Shown here one piece after another: positions 19,526 through 28,274 of a stretch of DNA of 64,000 nucleotides. Both the position numbers and the translations under genes were made by a program. The stretch lies in assembly GCA_964454905.1 (NCBI GenBank), contig CAYVTR010000001.1, positions 44,436 through 108,435 of the forward strand, written 5' to 3'. How positions within the stretch are numbered: position 1 is the first letter of the stretch; the number at the start of each line of letters is the position of its first letter. The stretch comes from an uncultured Woeseia sp. Its GTDB lineage: Bacteria; Pseudomonadota; Gammaproteobacteria; Steroidobacterales; UBA11654. A model generated the notes under the pieces. The model was not told the origin of the DNA and did not search any database. It worked only from the letters and a program-made list of their open reading frames with translations.

Positions 19526-20988
19526 GCAAATTACTGCATTCACAAGTCTCTGAAATTCTATCAATCGATAGACGAACAACCTTAAAAACATTTGCTGCAG
19601 CTTCTGTGGCCTCATTGCTACCTTCGTCCCTTAAAGCTCGAAATCATTCTGACGTGATTGTCATTGGAGCTGGATTATCAGGGTTGTATAGTGCGACTAT
19701 TCTTCAGGATGAGGGATACAAGGTCACTGTATTAGAGGCAGATAGTCGAGTTGGCGGGAGAGTTCTTTCCCAAAAAAATATTCCTGGTAATCCTGAGACC
19801 GGAGGGACTGCATTCGGTTCTGGGTATGCAAGAATTATTGATATTTCCAATCGTTTTAATATTAAGTTGAATGATTTAAGCCCAATACTGCCTTATTTTA
19901 GAAAACAAGAGCTAGCCCTTGATGGTGAGCTAATTAGAATGAGTGAGTGGGCTAATCATCCAAAAAATGTTTTACCAGAAGCAATGAAAGCCATGCCTCC
20001 AAATGCTTTTTTTCAACAATTATTAGGTAACAATAATCCTGTTAAAACCCCAGGGGGGTGGATGAACCCTAAACACTTTATCCATGATATTTCAGTTCAT
20101 GATTGGCTGATTCAAAAGGGTTATAAGCAGGACCTTATTGATTTAGTTTACAACATGAATATTACCCATGGATATAACGCCAAAGATGTTTCTGTCTTAA
20201 TGCTGATGTTTGTAAATGCTTTTGCTAGCTCTCAAAGTCGTTTAGGTTTTAGAACCAGTTTATCTGCCGAAGGCGGCAATATGGTGATTCCAGAAGCTAT
20301 GGCGAATAATCTAGAACAACAAGTGCATTTTAAGAAAAGTGTCAATGCGATTGAAACTTACTCAAACATAGCCAAAGTTAGTTGCGAAGATGGATCAGTC
20401 TATGAAGCAGACCATGTCATATGTTCACTGCCTTTTTCAGTCTTAAAAAACATTTATATCAGACCTTCTGTTCAAGGTCTTCAGGCAGAAGCGATCAATA
20501 ATCTGCGTTCGCAAAAAATTAATATGTTGCATGTTGTTCCTAAGTCTCGATTTTGGGAAAATGATGGAATGAGCCCAAATCTATACACCAATGGACTCTC
20601 AGGAATGATGATTGCAAATCGCCATGTAAATACCCCTGATCAAGTGGATAGCCTCACGGTTTGGTTAAGGGGTCCCATTGCTGAGAGATTGGACAAGATG
20701 AATCAGCAAGAGGCGATACTTTCTGTGATTAAATCAATTGAAGAAATAAGACCAAGCACAAAAAATGCATTAGAGCCGGTCGCATATCATTCTTGGTTTC
20801 TTAGTCCATTCTCGATGGGTGATTGGGCTTATTGGAGTCCAGGCCAAATATCAAAATTTGGATCTTCTATTGGAAATCAACATGGCCAGATTCATTTTTG
20901 TGGTGAGCACACAGCTGTTTCAAATAGAGGAATGGAAGGTGCAATGGAATCAGGAGAAAGGGTGGCTTTTGAGATTATGGGTTTATAG
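19522..20988 (+). CDS. Flavin-containing amine oxidase family protein with twin-arginine signal
   Basis: Tat motif DRRTTLKTFAAASVASLL. FAD dinucleotide fold VIVIGAGLSGLYSATILQDEGYKVTVLEADSRVGGRV. C-terminal FCGEHT block. 4-nt overlap with the upstream gene. Confidence 0.8.
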   Translation: MSKLLHSQVSEILSIDRRTTLKTFAAASVASLLPSSLKARNHSDVIVIGAGLSGLYSATILQDEGYKVTVLEADSRVGGRVLSQKNIPGNPETGGTAFGSGYARIIDISNRFNIKLNDLSPILPYFRKQELALDGELIRMSEWANHPKNVLPEAMKAMPPNAFFQQLLGNNNPVKTPGGWMNPKHFIHDISVHDWLIQKGYKQDLIDLVYNMNITHGYNAKDVSVLMLMFVNAFASSQSRLGFRTSLSAEGGNMVIPEAMANNLEQQVHFKKSVNAIETYSNIAKVSCEDGSVYEADHVICSLPFSVLKNIYIRPSVQGLQAEAINNLRSQKINMLHVVPKSRFWENDGMSPNLYTNGLSGMMIANRHVNTPDQVDSLTVWLRGPIAERLDKMNQQEAILSVIKSIEEIRPSTKNALEPVAYHSWFLSPFSMGDWAYWSPGQISKFGSSIGNQHGQIHFCGEHTAVSNRGMEGAMESGERVAFEIMGL

Positions 20989-21032
20989 TTCAACTTTATA
21001 CTGGTAGACCTCAACCCTGTCAAGGTTAGCTG

Positions 21033-21839
21033 CTACCAAGGAATGGTTCTTCCATCCTCATAGTCAATAAATAAACCATTTTGCTCCATAGTTAGATTCT
21101 CTATTACTGCCATCATTTTAGTCACACTTTCATCTATCTCTATTGCCCCCATTAGAGAAGTGCCTGGTGTAGTATTAACCATGCCGGGTGAGAGAGATAT
21201 CGCGATAACATCTTTTTTCTTGGTTTCAAATGAAAGACTATAAATCATGCTATTTAGTGCAGCCTTACTCATTGCATAGCTATACATCATAGGAATCTTA
21301 AGCCTTTCTCCGAATGAACTAGCTTTACTTGATAAAGCTATAATTTTCCCATTTTCTGATCGCTCAACATTCTTCATAAATGCCTGGATTATCTTCATGG
21401 TGCCTAAAGCATTAATTTCAAAACTTGTTCTGGTGATGTCTTCGTCGACACCAGATAGTTTTCTAAATGCTGAAAAATGTCTGGGCGTTAATCCTGCATT
21501 ATTAAGCAGAATATCTATGGTTTGATTTTTGTATTTAGAAGATAAATTCTCAATGTGTTCATTGTTGGTTATATCAAGAAGTTCAATAACAACATTATTA
21601 TTATTTGCTGCAAACTCTTGTAATTCATCAGCTTCTTCTGGGTTTCTAGCAGTGGCTATGACATTCCAATTCTTTTTTGAAAACTGCTTAACAAATTCAA
21701 GCCCTAGATTCCTATTGGATCCGGTAATAAGGACTGTAGGCTCATCATTCTCGAACGCATGTAAATCATTATTTGGTAACCAACTACAGATAAGCAGAAT
21801 AGCGAGTACTGAAGACAATAATTTATTTTGGTTTTTCAT
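21033..21839 (-). CDS. Short-chain dehydrogenase/reductase family protein with N-terminal signal or anchor
   Basis: 268 aa. Hydrophobic N-terminus (LLSSVLAILLICSWL...LHA), then a Rossmann motif VLITGSNRNLGLEF and a YSYAMSK catalytic Tyr-Lys block. Confidence 0.8.
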   Translation of the reverse strand: MKNQNKLLSSVLAILLICSWLPNNDLHAFENDEPTVLITGSNRNLGLEFVKQFSKKNWNVIATARNPEEADELQEFAANNNNVVIELLDITNNEHIENLSSKYKNQTIDILLNNAGLTPRHFSAFRKLSGVDEDITRTSFEINALGTMKIIQAFMKNVERSENGKIIALSSKASSFGERLKIPMMYSYAMSKAALNSMIYSLSFETKKKDVIAISLSPGMVNTTPGTSLMGAIEIDESVTKMMAVIENLTMEQNGLFIDYEDGRTIPW

Positions 21840-22419
21840 GATGTCCTATTGGAGGAAAACTTTCAGGTTCACAATCCTGTGGTGCCGATAATTTTACATC
21901 GTTATAGAGAGTTTTTTCACTGTTAATGCTTTCTTCTGTCACCCCTGCAATCTGTTTCCAATCTTCAGGTTTGAACACTTGTTTTTCTAGATCATAGGTC
22001 GAATGACGATTTGTTGCCAGCATATTTATAAAAACATCGAGAAAATGAGCTGCTTCTCTTTTAAATAAATCTATCTCGTATAAACCAGATTTGACTAATT
22101 GATCCTTAGCATTATTAAGTTGGGTCATGGATTTCTCCATAGCACCTAAGCCCTTTGATAAGCTTTCAAGTTTATTTTTATACTCTGTATTATCAGCTTC
22201 CACGTGAGGTAAAAGTAAATCATGGAGGATGTAGTCTTGATTTATTAAGCGTTTCAGAGAGAAATCAAAGTAATTTGAGCAAGCAACATAAAAGTTCACT
22301 AGACCAGGGTCAACATTTTGAATCTCTAAGCTTTTTGTAAAAGCTCTTCTCACTTGAGACAAGTGAGTTCTCTCATTTGAGACATGTGATTCGAAATCAT
22401 TTAAAGCTGACCCGCTCAT
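21823..22419 (-). CDS. Hypothetical protein (no family recognised)
   Basis: 198-aa ORF, helical-looking with several His residues. It lies 8 bp downstream of the PON gene and overlaps the downstream SDR gene by 17 nt, so it is probably co-transcribed with both. Confidence 0.5.
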   Translation of the reverse strand: MSGSALNDFESHVSNERTHLSQVRRAFTKSLEIQNVDPGLVNFYVACSNYFDFSLKRLINQDYILHDLLLPHVEADNTEYKNKLESLSKGLGAMEKSMTQLNNAKDQLVKSGLYEIDLFKREAAHFLDVFINMLATNRHSTYDLEKQVFKPEDWKQIAGVTEESINSEKTLYNDVKLSAPQDCEPESFPPIGHHEKPK

Positions 22420-22427
22420 ATATTTAA

Positions 22428-23501
22428 CTATAACTCACAAATGTACATTTGCTTATCATCAATTGAGCCCATAAATAATTTTTCATCCCAGATTACGCCC
22501 ACACTCGTGGTTGACATATCGTAACCCTCACTCATAAAGAGTTCTTTGACTGTATGATTTCCTTTATCATCAAACTCAATTTTAACGACTTGAGATGGGG
22601 CAGGCTTATACTCATTATTCTGCAGGGCGATAAAATGTTGTATTAATGCCCATACCTTAGGAATATTCGCCACCACTAAACTCCCGTCTTCTAGAACATT
22701 AATATTATCGGGAGAGCCTGATAATTTTAATGTGTTTATTTTTACTAAGGATCCATCTTTCAAATTGCGTTTTAAGATTGCCATTCTCTTTGCATTTGTT
22801 TCTGAGGCATAAACCGTTAGCTGATCTGGTGATAGATTAATTCCTGAGACAGAGGACAAATTATCCATAGCAACTTTAGCTGACTTACCGTCAAAATAGA
22901 CCACCGTAGACATAGGTCTTCCCAGTTGCTCTTGAATTTTATCTAAAGCGCTTACTCCGCCCTTATCATTACCCACATAGAATTTTTCTTTATCAACAAG
23001 AAGGACATCGTTAGGGCTTTGAAACAATGGATCAGAGACGCTTCTCACAAAATTAAACACTCCATTGTTTGTCTCAGAAAAGAGATCAATCACTTCGGGT
23101 TCTTCACCTCTATTTTTTGGATGATTAATGATGGCGAGATGACGCTTATCTGCATTGTCTATATATAAGCTCATGCCATGTGGTCTTAGGTGTTCAGGCT
23201 GTTTTGATAAGGCAGAGACCAACGTGTAGGGTTTTTTATTCAGATCAATTTTTCCTATGAACCCTTGAGTATTTTCTCCTTTAATCAAGGCTTCTCTGTC
23301 TTGGATAGAAAGATAAGCTATACCTCTTGTGTAATCGATCTCGATATCCTCAGCACTTCCATTCATTGCAAAACTTTCACAAATCTCTGGGGTATTGTTA
23401 GTGACTGTTTTAAATGTATCCATCCGTTGCAACATCCATAGACTGAATAGAAGAATGAAAAGAATAATCCAGCCAATTATTTTTAATATTTTCTTTATCA
23501 T
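22428..23501 (-). CDS. Paraoxonase/arylesterase (PON) family six-bladed propeller hydrolase, N-terminally anchored; probable lactonase
   Basis: Blocks GSAEDIEI, RPHGMSLY, HLAIINHP, GINLSPD, PDNINV and the C-terminal end MGSIDDKQMYICEL. These parallel human PON1 (GSEDLEI, NPHGIS, LLVVNHP, GINISPD, VDNISV, ...KALYCEL). N-terminal TM helix as in PON1. Confidence 0.8.
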   Translation of the reverse strand: MIKKILKIIGWIILFILLFSLWMLQRMDTFKTVTNNTPEICESFAMNGSAEDIEIDYTRGIAYLSIQDREALIKGENTQGFIGKIDLNKKPYTLVSALSKQPEHLRPHGMSLYIDNADKRHLAIINHPKNRGEEPEVIDLFSETNNGVFNFVRSVSDPLFQSPNDVLLVDKEKFYVGNDKGGVSALDKIQEQLGRPMSTVVYFDGKSAKVAMDNLSSVSGINLSPDQLTVYASETNAKRMAILKRNLKDGSLVKINTLKLSGSPDNINVLEDGSLVVANIPKVWALIQHFIALQNNEYKPAPSQVVKIEFDDKGNHTVKELFMSEGYDMSTTSVGVIWDEKLFMGSIDDKQMYICEL

Positions 23502-23537
23502 AGATGGGTCTTTATTGTTATGCTTTGTTCACATATT

Positions 23538-23559
23538 TATTTTATCAATTGATTATGAA
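23538..23559. promoter_or_regulatory. Palindromic operator, site A (17/22 to consensus, 10-bp core perfect)
   Basis: TATTTTATCAATTGATTATGAA. Overlaps the ATG (23555) of the MFS-DUF1838-TetR operon and lies 37 bp from the divergent PON gene start. Confidence 0.6.
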
Positions 23560-24883
23560 TCAACCAGCAGAATCGTCAAAGAATAATGTTGCAGAAATGG
23601 GGATAAAGTTTGGCCCTATAACGCTCATGCCAGATATTGAGAAGCGTCATCTTTTCACCTTATTTTTTGGTGCATTCTTCGGTATTGCCAGTATGGCATT
23701 AGTAAATGTCTTTGGCCCATTGGTGTTCGATATACTTGAGATTCCTCAAAACGAAACGGGCGCCCTAGCAGGTAAACTGACTGCAATGCAAGAGATAGTT
23801 GTGGTCTGTGTGATCGGATTAGCTGGTGCATTTTCAGATAAAGTTGGAAGAAGAATTGTGTATTCAATGGGATTTGTTTTTCTCGGCATAGGTTATTTTC
23901 TTTATCCGCTAGCTGGAGATAGCACTGAGCTCATCATTTTCCGAATCTTTATTGCCCTAGGCTGTGCTTGCAATACAGTAATGCTGCCTACGACGGCTAA
24001 TGATTACGTTCATGAGAGCACTCGCGGAAAACTAATCGCAACCACATCGATATTGAACGGATTAGGCCTTGTCCTCATCATAGGAAGCTTTAGAAGACTT
24101 CCGGAGTATTTTGTTAATCAAGGTTTTGATAGTGCGATTTCAGGTCAATACACAATTTGGTGTGCTTCAGCAATGGTTTTAATCGTTTCTACTATTCTTT
24201 ATACCAATTTGAAAAAAGGTGCGCCTGCTCAGGTCACCAAAAAAGGGTCTTATTTTTCAACATTAGCAATAGCATTTAAAGAAGCTAGAAACCCAAGAGT
24301 CGCACTTGCTTATACCGCTGGCGTTGTATCAAGAGGAGATTTGTCAGTGGTCAGCACCTTTTTTTCATTATGGCTATTCAACGAGGCTATCACCATGGAC
24401 ATGAGTCGTGCTGAAGCGTTTAAATTATCCACTGGCTTTTATGTGATGGTTCAAGCTTTTGCTATTCCTGGAGCAGTTTTGATCAATTTTTTTATAGATA
24501 AAGTTGATCGTGTCATGGCCTTGGCAATTTCTATGTTTATTGCAGCCTGCGGATATCTGTATCTTGGTTTTATTGATGATATTTTCAGTAACCAAATGTA
24601 TTTCGGGGCAGCGCTTTTAGGTTTGGGTGAAATTTTTGCAAATATTTCTGCGATATCATTGATCGGAAGTGCTGCACCAGCAAAAGGTCGGGGCGCTGTC
24701 ATTGGCGGATTCAGTTTTTTTGGAGCAATTGGCATTCTGTTAGTTGCCAGTATTGGTGGCTATTTATTTGATAATGTAGGCCCAACCGCACCATTCACTA
24801 TGGTTGGTTTTGCTAATGTTGCTCTTTTAATTTTAGCGCTATTGTTGTTATTCTTTGAGAATAGAAAAAATAATTTAAATTGA
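23555..24883 (+). CDS. MFS transporter (paralog of 61767-63092)
   Basis: 12-TM pattern with MFS loop motif DKVGRRIVY. I prefer ATG 23555 (MNQPAESS) over the track start 23504, because 23504-23554 contains the operator palindrome and encodes an implausible N-terminus. Confidence 0.85.
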   Translation: MNQPAESSKNNVAEMGIKFGPITLMPDIEKRHLFTLFFGAFFGIASMALVNVFGPLVFDILEIPQNETGALAGKLTAMQEIVVVCVIGLAGAFSDKVGRRIVYSMGFVFLGIGYFLYPLAGDSTELIIFRIFIALGCACNTVMLPTTANDYVHESTRGKLIATTSILNGLGLVLIIGSFRRLPEYFVNQGFDSAISGQYTIWCASAMVLIVSTILYTNLKKGAPAQVTKKGSYFSTLAIAFKEARNPRVALAYTAGVVSRGDLSVVSTFFSLWLFNEAITMDMSRAEAFKLSTGFYVMVQAFAIPGAVLINFFIDKVDRVMALAISMFIAACGYLYLGFIDDIFSNQMYFGAALLGLGEIFANISAISLIGSAAPAKGRGAVIGGFSFFGAIGILLVASIGGYLFDNVGPTAPFTMVGFANVALLILALLLLFFENRKNNLN

Positions 24884-24895
24884 TTGAGGTTTAAT

Positions 24896-25891
24896 ATGGA
24901 ACGAAGACAATTTTTTAAGAACATAGGTAATTTAGGAGCTTTAAGTGCAGGTGCCGCAGCTCTTAGTATATTCTCAGATCAAGCCAATGCTGATTTACCC
25001 TCTGCCTATGGGGGCGCGAGAGGTGATGCCTTAAACGGACCTTATTTAGATCTTAAAACAGGTGTAGGTAATAAATTAGCCTATTCTAGATTAAATGGTG
25101 ATTTAGATGAATCAAAGCAAAAAATCGGTTGGTTTAAAGGTTATATTATGGCCGTCAGACCCAATAAGCCTATACTTGATGTTCTTGGTGTTGCAGGCTT
25201 TGGAGTGTCTAGATTAGAGCAGCAAGCTGATGGATCCTTTGCCAAGATTCTTAGAGAGGTTGCCCTTTATACTGATCTGAGATCTGGAGAGGTTTTAGAG
25301 GAATATAAGAATCCTATGACCAATGAAATGGTTAAGGTTGTTCCTATTGCTAATGACCCTTTTAATTATGTGATTGAGGATTATTTCCCTCAGCCACCAA
25401 AATTTGGTGATTTAAACACAGAGGAACCACCAAAGATTCCATTTATTTTACCGTGGCAACAACGAGGTGATCGATTGGATATGGAGATACATATCAATCT
25501 TTTTTATCCAAATGCTCTTAATCCAAATAAATGGAAACGCGAATCTTCAGGGCCTATGGTGCAGGTATCTGAGGCCTTTGCTTATCATATTGATGCACAA
25601 AAGATGCAGGATCCAAGTTACACTACACTGCCTTTTAGTGGCACTTGGAATCGAATTACTCCATGGCTTCCTTGGATGTATATGGGTGATACCCCAGGAC
25701 ACATGATATACTCAGCCTTTATGGGTTCTGGTGAAGATCTTGAAGAAGTTCATAGTCGACAGGTATTGGATTATGTAGAAAAAAATTATCCAAAGTATTT
25801 TACTGCCCCTGAGACCTATGATCCAAAAACACCAAGCCTTTCAAGTCTTGAGTTGTATGCGATAGAGCAAACACCAGCTCCAGTGAAGTAA
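24896..25891 (+). CDS. DUF1838-like protein with twin-arginine signal (paralog 1 of 3)
   Basis: Start at ATG 24896, preceded by GAGG. Canonical Tat signal MERRQFFKNIGNLGALSAGAAALSIFSDQANA. The core YKNPMTNEMVKVVPIANDP fits my memory of DUF1838 and is clearly homologous to 46722-47519 and 47516-48391. Confidence 0.6.
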   Translation: MERRQFFKNIGNLGALSAGAAALSIFSDQANADLPSAYGGARGDALNGPYLDLKTGVGNKLAYSRLNGDLDESKQKIGWFKGYIMAVRPNKPILDVLGVAGFGVSRLEQQADGSFAKILREVALYTDLRSGEVLEEYKNPMTNEMVKVVPIANDPFNYVIEDYFPQPPKFGDLNTEEPPKIPFILPWQQRGDRLDMEIHINLFYPNALNPNKWKRESSGPMVQVSEAFAYHIDAQKMQDPSYTTLPFSGTWNRITPWLPWMYMGDTPGHMIYSAFMGSGEDLEEVHSRQVLDYVEKNYPKYFTAPETYDPKTPSLSSLELYAIEQTPAPVK

Positions 25892-25902
25892 AAAAAATAG
25901 TT

Positions 25903-26559
25903 ATGGCAAAAATAGCAAAATTAAAATCAAAAAAAAGGTTAACTCCTAGAGACCGAGAACAAGAGATTGTTGATGAGGCTGTACAATTTTTTGCCGAAGT
26001 TGGTTTTGATGGAAAAACCAGAGACTTAGCAAAAAGAATTGGCATTACACAACCGCTCTTGTATCGATATTTCCCAACAAAAGATGATCTGATAGAAAGA
26101 GTTTATAAGGAAGTTTATTTAAATCAGATGGATTCTGATTGGTCGTTAAAGCTTAAAGACCGATCTGTGCCATTGGAAGAAAGATTGGTTGCTTATTATA
26201 AATCTTATGCCAAAGTAGTTCACCGGTATGAATGGATAAGGATCTATTTCTTCTCAGGTTTAATGGGTAACCCTTTAAACAGGAGATACATAAGAGTTGT
26301 TGAGGAAGAGATTTTAAAGCCCATCTGTGAAGAAATCAGAGTAACTTGTAATTTACCTTCAATCAGCGAAATCCCCATAACACCTATTGAATTGGAACAA
26401 ATATGGGTTTTGCATGGTGGATTATTCTATTACGCTGTTAGAAAGAATATCTATCACAGTAATGTTTTCGATGACTTTGAAGCAATTGTTTCCAGCACTG
26501 TTAAGGTTATGTTGGAGGGCACCAAAGTTTTTAGCATTGAAGAACAAAATTCAACTTAA
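25903..26559 (+). CDS. TetR/AcrR family transcriptional regulator
   Basis: 218 aa. N-terminal HTH REQEIVDEAVQFFAEVGFDGKTRDLAKRIGITQPLLYRYFPTKDDL. It is the only transcription factor in the window. Confidence 0.9.
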   Translation: MAKIAKLKSKKRLTPRDREQEIVDEAVQFFAEVGFDGKTRDLAKRIGITQPLLYRYFPTKDDLIERVYKEVYLNQMDSDWSLKLKDRSVPLEERLVAYYKSYAKVVHRYEWIRIYFFSGLMGNPLNRRYIRVVEEEILKPICEEIRVTCNLPSISEIPITPIELEQIWVLHGGLFYYAVRKNIYHSNVFDDFEAIVSSTVKVMLEGTKVFSIEEQNST

Positions 26560-26593
26560 GCTGAGATTAATACACTCTTAATTAGGACTAGTT

Positions 26594-27484
26594 TTGAATA
26601 GCAAAAATAATATTCATTCTGTAGGAGTGATTGGTTTAGGGATCATTGGTTCTGCTTTATCAAAGCATATACATTTAAGTGATTTTGATGTCATGGGATT
26701 TGATATTGATGATCTTAAAATTGAAGCAGCTATTGCTAACGGAATCGAAGCCACAAAAAAGCTCGCTAATATAACAGAATTTTCCGAAGTCTTAATTACT
26801 TGCTTACCGAGCAATAAATCCTTGGACGATACTGTCAATTATCTAATAGATAATAATTGTGATTCAGTAAAAATTATTATTGATACCAGTACTCTAAGTT
26901 TGGATTGCAAGACTAGGAACAAAAACGCACTGAATAAAATTGGTATTACTTTACTTGATTGCCCAATTAGTGGCACTGGCAAGCAAGCAGAAGATGCTGA
27001 CATTGTTATATACGCCAGCGGTAGTTCAAGTTCCTATGAAACAGTGCTTCCATTGATTAGAAGTTTTTCTAGAGAATGTTTTTATTTAGGTGATTTTGGT
27101 AATGGCACTAAAACAAAATTAATAGCTAACCTCCTTGTAGCTATTCATAATGTTGCCTCTGCTGAAGCCATTTTACTGGGAAAGAAAACCGGTATAGAAA
27201 TGGAGACGTTGTTTAATGTGATTGCTTCAGGTGCAGGAAGCTCAAAAATTTTTGAGCTCCGAGCTCCTATGATGATTGAGCGAGAGTATCAACCTCCAAC
27301 CATGAAAATGAGTGTCTGGAAGAAAGATTTAGAGCTGATTAAAGAGTTAGTGGATGCCCATGGAACTAATACACCTCTTTTTAATCTCACTAAAGAATTG
27401 TATAAAAAAGCAGTTGATCTTGGTTTAGATGATGAGGACACAGCCTCTATTTATGAAATACTTAATGCAAACTCTTCTCGATGA
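26594..27484 (+). CDS. NAD(P)-dependent oxidoreductase, 3-hydroxyisobutyrate dehydrogenase family
   Basis: 296 aa with a TTG start. Rossmann motif VGVIGLGIIGSAL and a GNGTKTKLIANLL block typical of the HIBADH/6-PGDH-like family. Confidence 0.8.
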   Translation: MNSKNNIHSVGVIGLGIIGSALSKHIHLSDFDVMGFDIDDLKIEAAIANGIEATKKLANITEFSEVLITCLPSNKSLDDTVNYLIDNNCDSVKIIIDTSTLSLDCKTRNKNALNKIGITLLDCPISGTGKQAEDADIVIYASGSSSSYETVLPLIRSFSRECFYLGDFGNGTKTKLIANLLVAIHNVASAEAILLGKKTGIEMETLFNVIASGAGSSKIFELRAPMMIEREYQPPTMKMSVWKKDLELIKELVDAHGTNTPLFNLTKELYKKAVDLGLDDEDTASIYEILNANSSR

Positions 27485-27499
27485 GTAGTTTTAAGACTC

Positions 27500-28267
27500 A
27501 TGGCGAATAGCCCAATCAATTTTTATATGCAAGGCAAGGGCCAACCTCTTGTTCTTATCCATCCTCTTGGTTTGGATCATAGACTCTGGGATTATTGTGT
27601 TAGTGGTTTGGCTGAACATCGGACTCTTATCACTTTTGACTTACCGGGACATGGTCAATCACCAGTGCCTGACATTAATTATTCAATTGAGGATATTTCA
27701 AAGAGTCTTTTAGAATCGCTGAGGCTAGCTCAGATCGAAAAAGCTGATTTTTTAGGTTTATCAATTGGCGGCATGATTCTTCAACATTTTGCTTCAGTAA
27801 ATGCGTCTATGGTAGACAAGCTGATTTTAGTGGATACCACGTTCAAATACTCAAAAGATTGGCAACTTAACTGGACTGAACGAGCCAGGACCTCAAGAGA
27901 AGAGGGCTTGGAGGGCATGTTAGAGAAATTACTCGAGGCCTTTTTTACTCCAGAGTATTTAGAAAAAGGATCAGACGACATTGATTATTGTAAGCACGTC
28001 ATTTCCAGAATGTCAGGAGAGGGTTACGCTTTAGCGTGCGAAGCTTTATCAAGATGTAACCTTGAGAAATCTGCGACTGCAATAACCTCAGAGACCTTAA
28101 TCTTATGCGGAGATCGAGACAATGATCTATTCAAAGACGCAACCTTATGGTTGTCTCAAAACATACCTAATGCTCAATATGAATGGCTCTCGCCTGCCCA
28201 ACATTTGTCACCGTTGGAATGCAAGAATGATTTTTTAAAAATTGTAAAACGATTCCTGCAAATATAA
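27500..28267 (+). CDS. Alpha/beta hydrolase (3-oxoadipate enol-lactonase-like)
   Basis: 255 aa. LVLIHPLG oxyanion region and nucleophile elbow GLSIGG. Length and pattern resemble PcaD-type lactonases. Confidence 0.75.
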   Translation: MANSPINFYMQGKGQPLVLIHPLGLDHRLWDYCVSGLAEHRTLITFDLPGHGQSPVPDINYSIEDISKSLLESLRLAQIEKADFLGLSIGGMILQHFASVNASMVDKLILVDTTFKYSKDWQLNWTERARTSREEGLEGMLEKLLEAFFTPEYLEKGSDDIDYCKHVISRMSGEGYALACEALSRCNLEKSATAITSETLILCGDRDNDLFKDATLWLSQNIPNAQYEWLSPAQHLSPLECKNDFLKIVKRFLQI

Positions 28268-28274
28268 GGACGAT

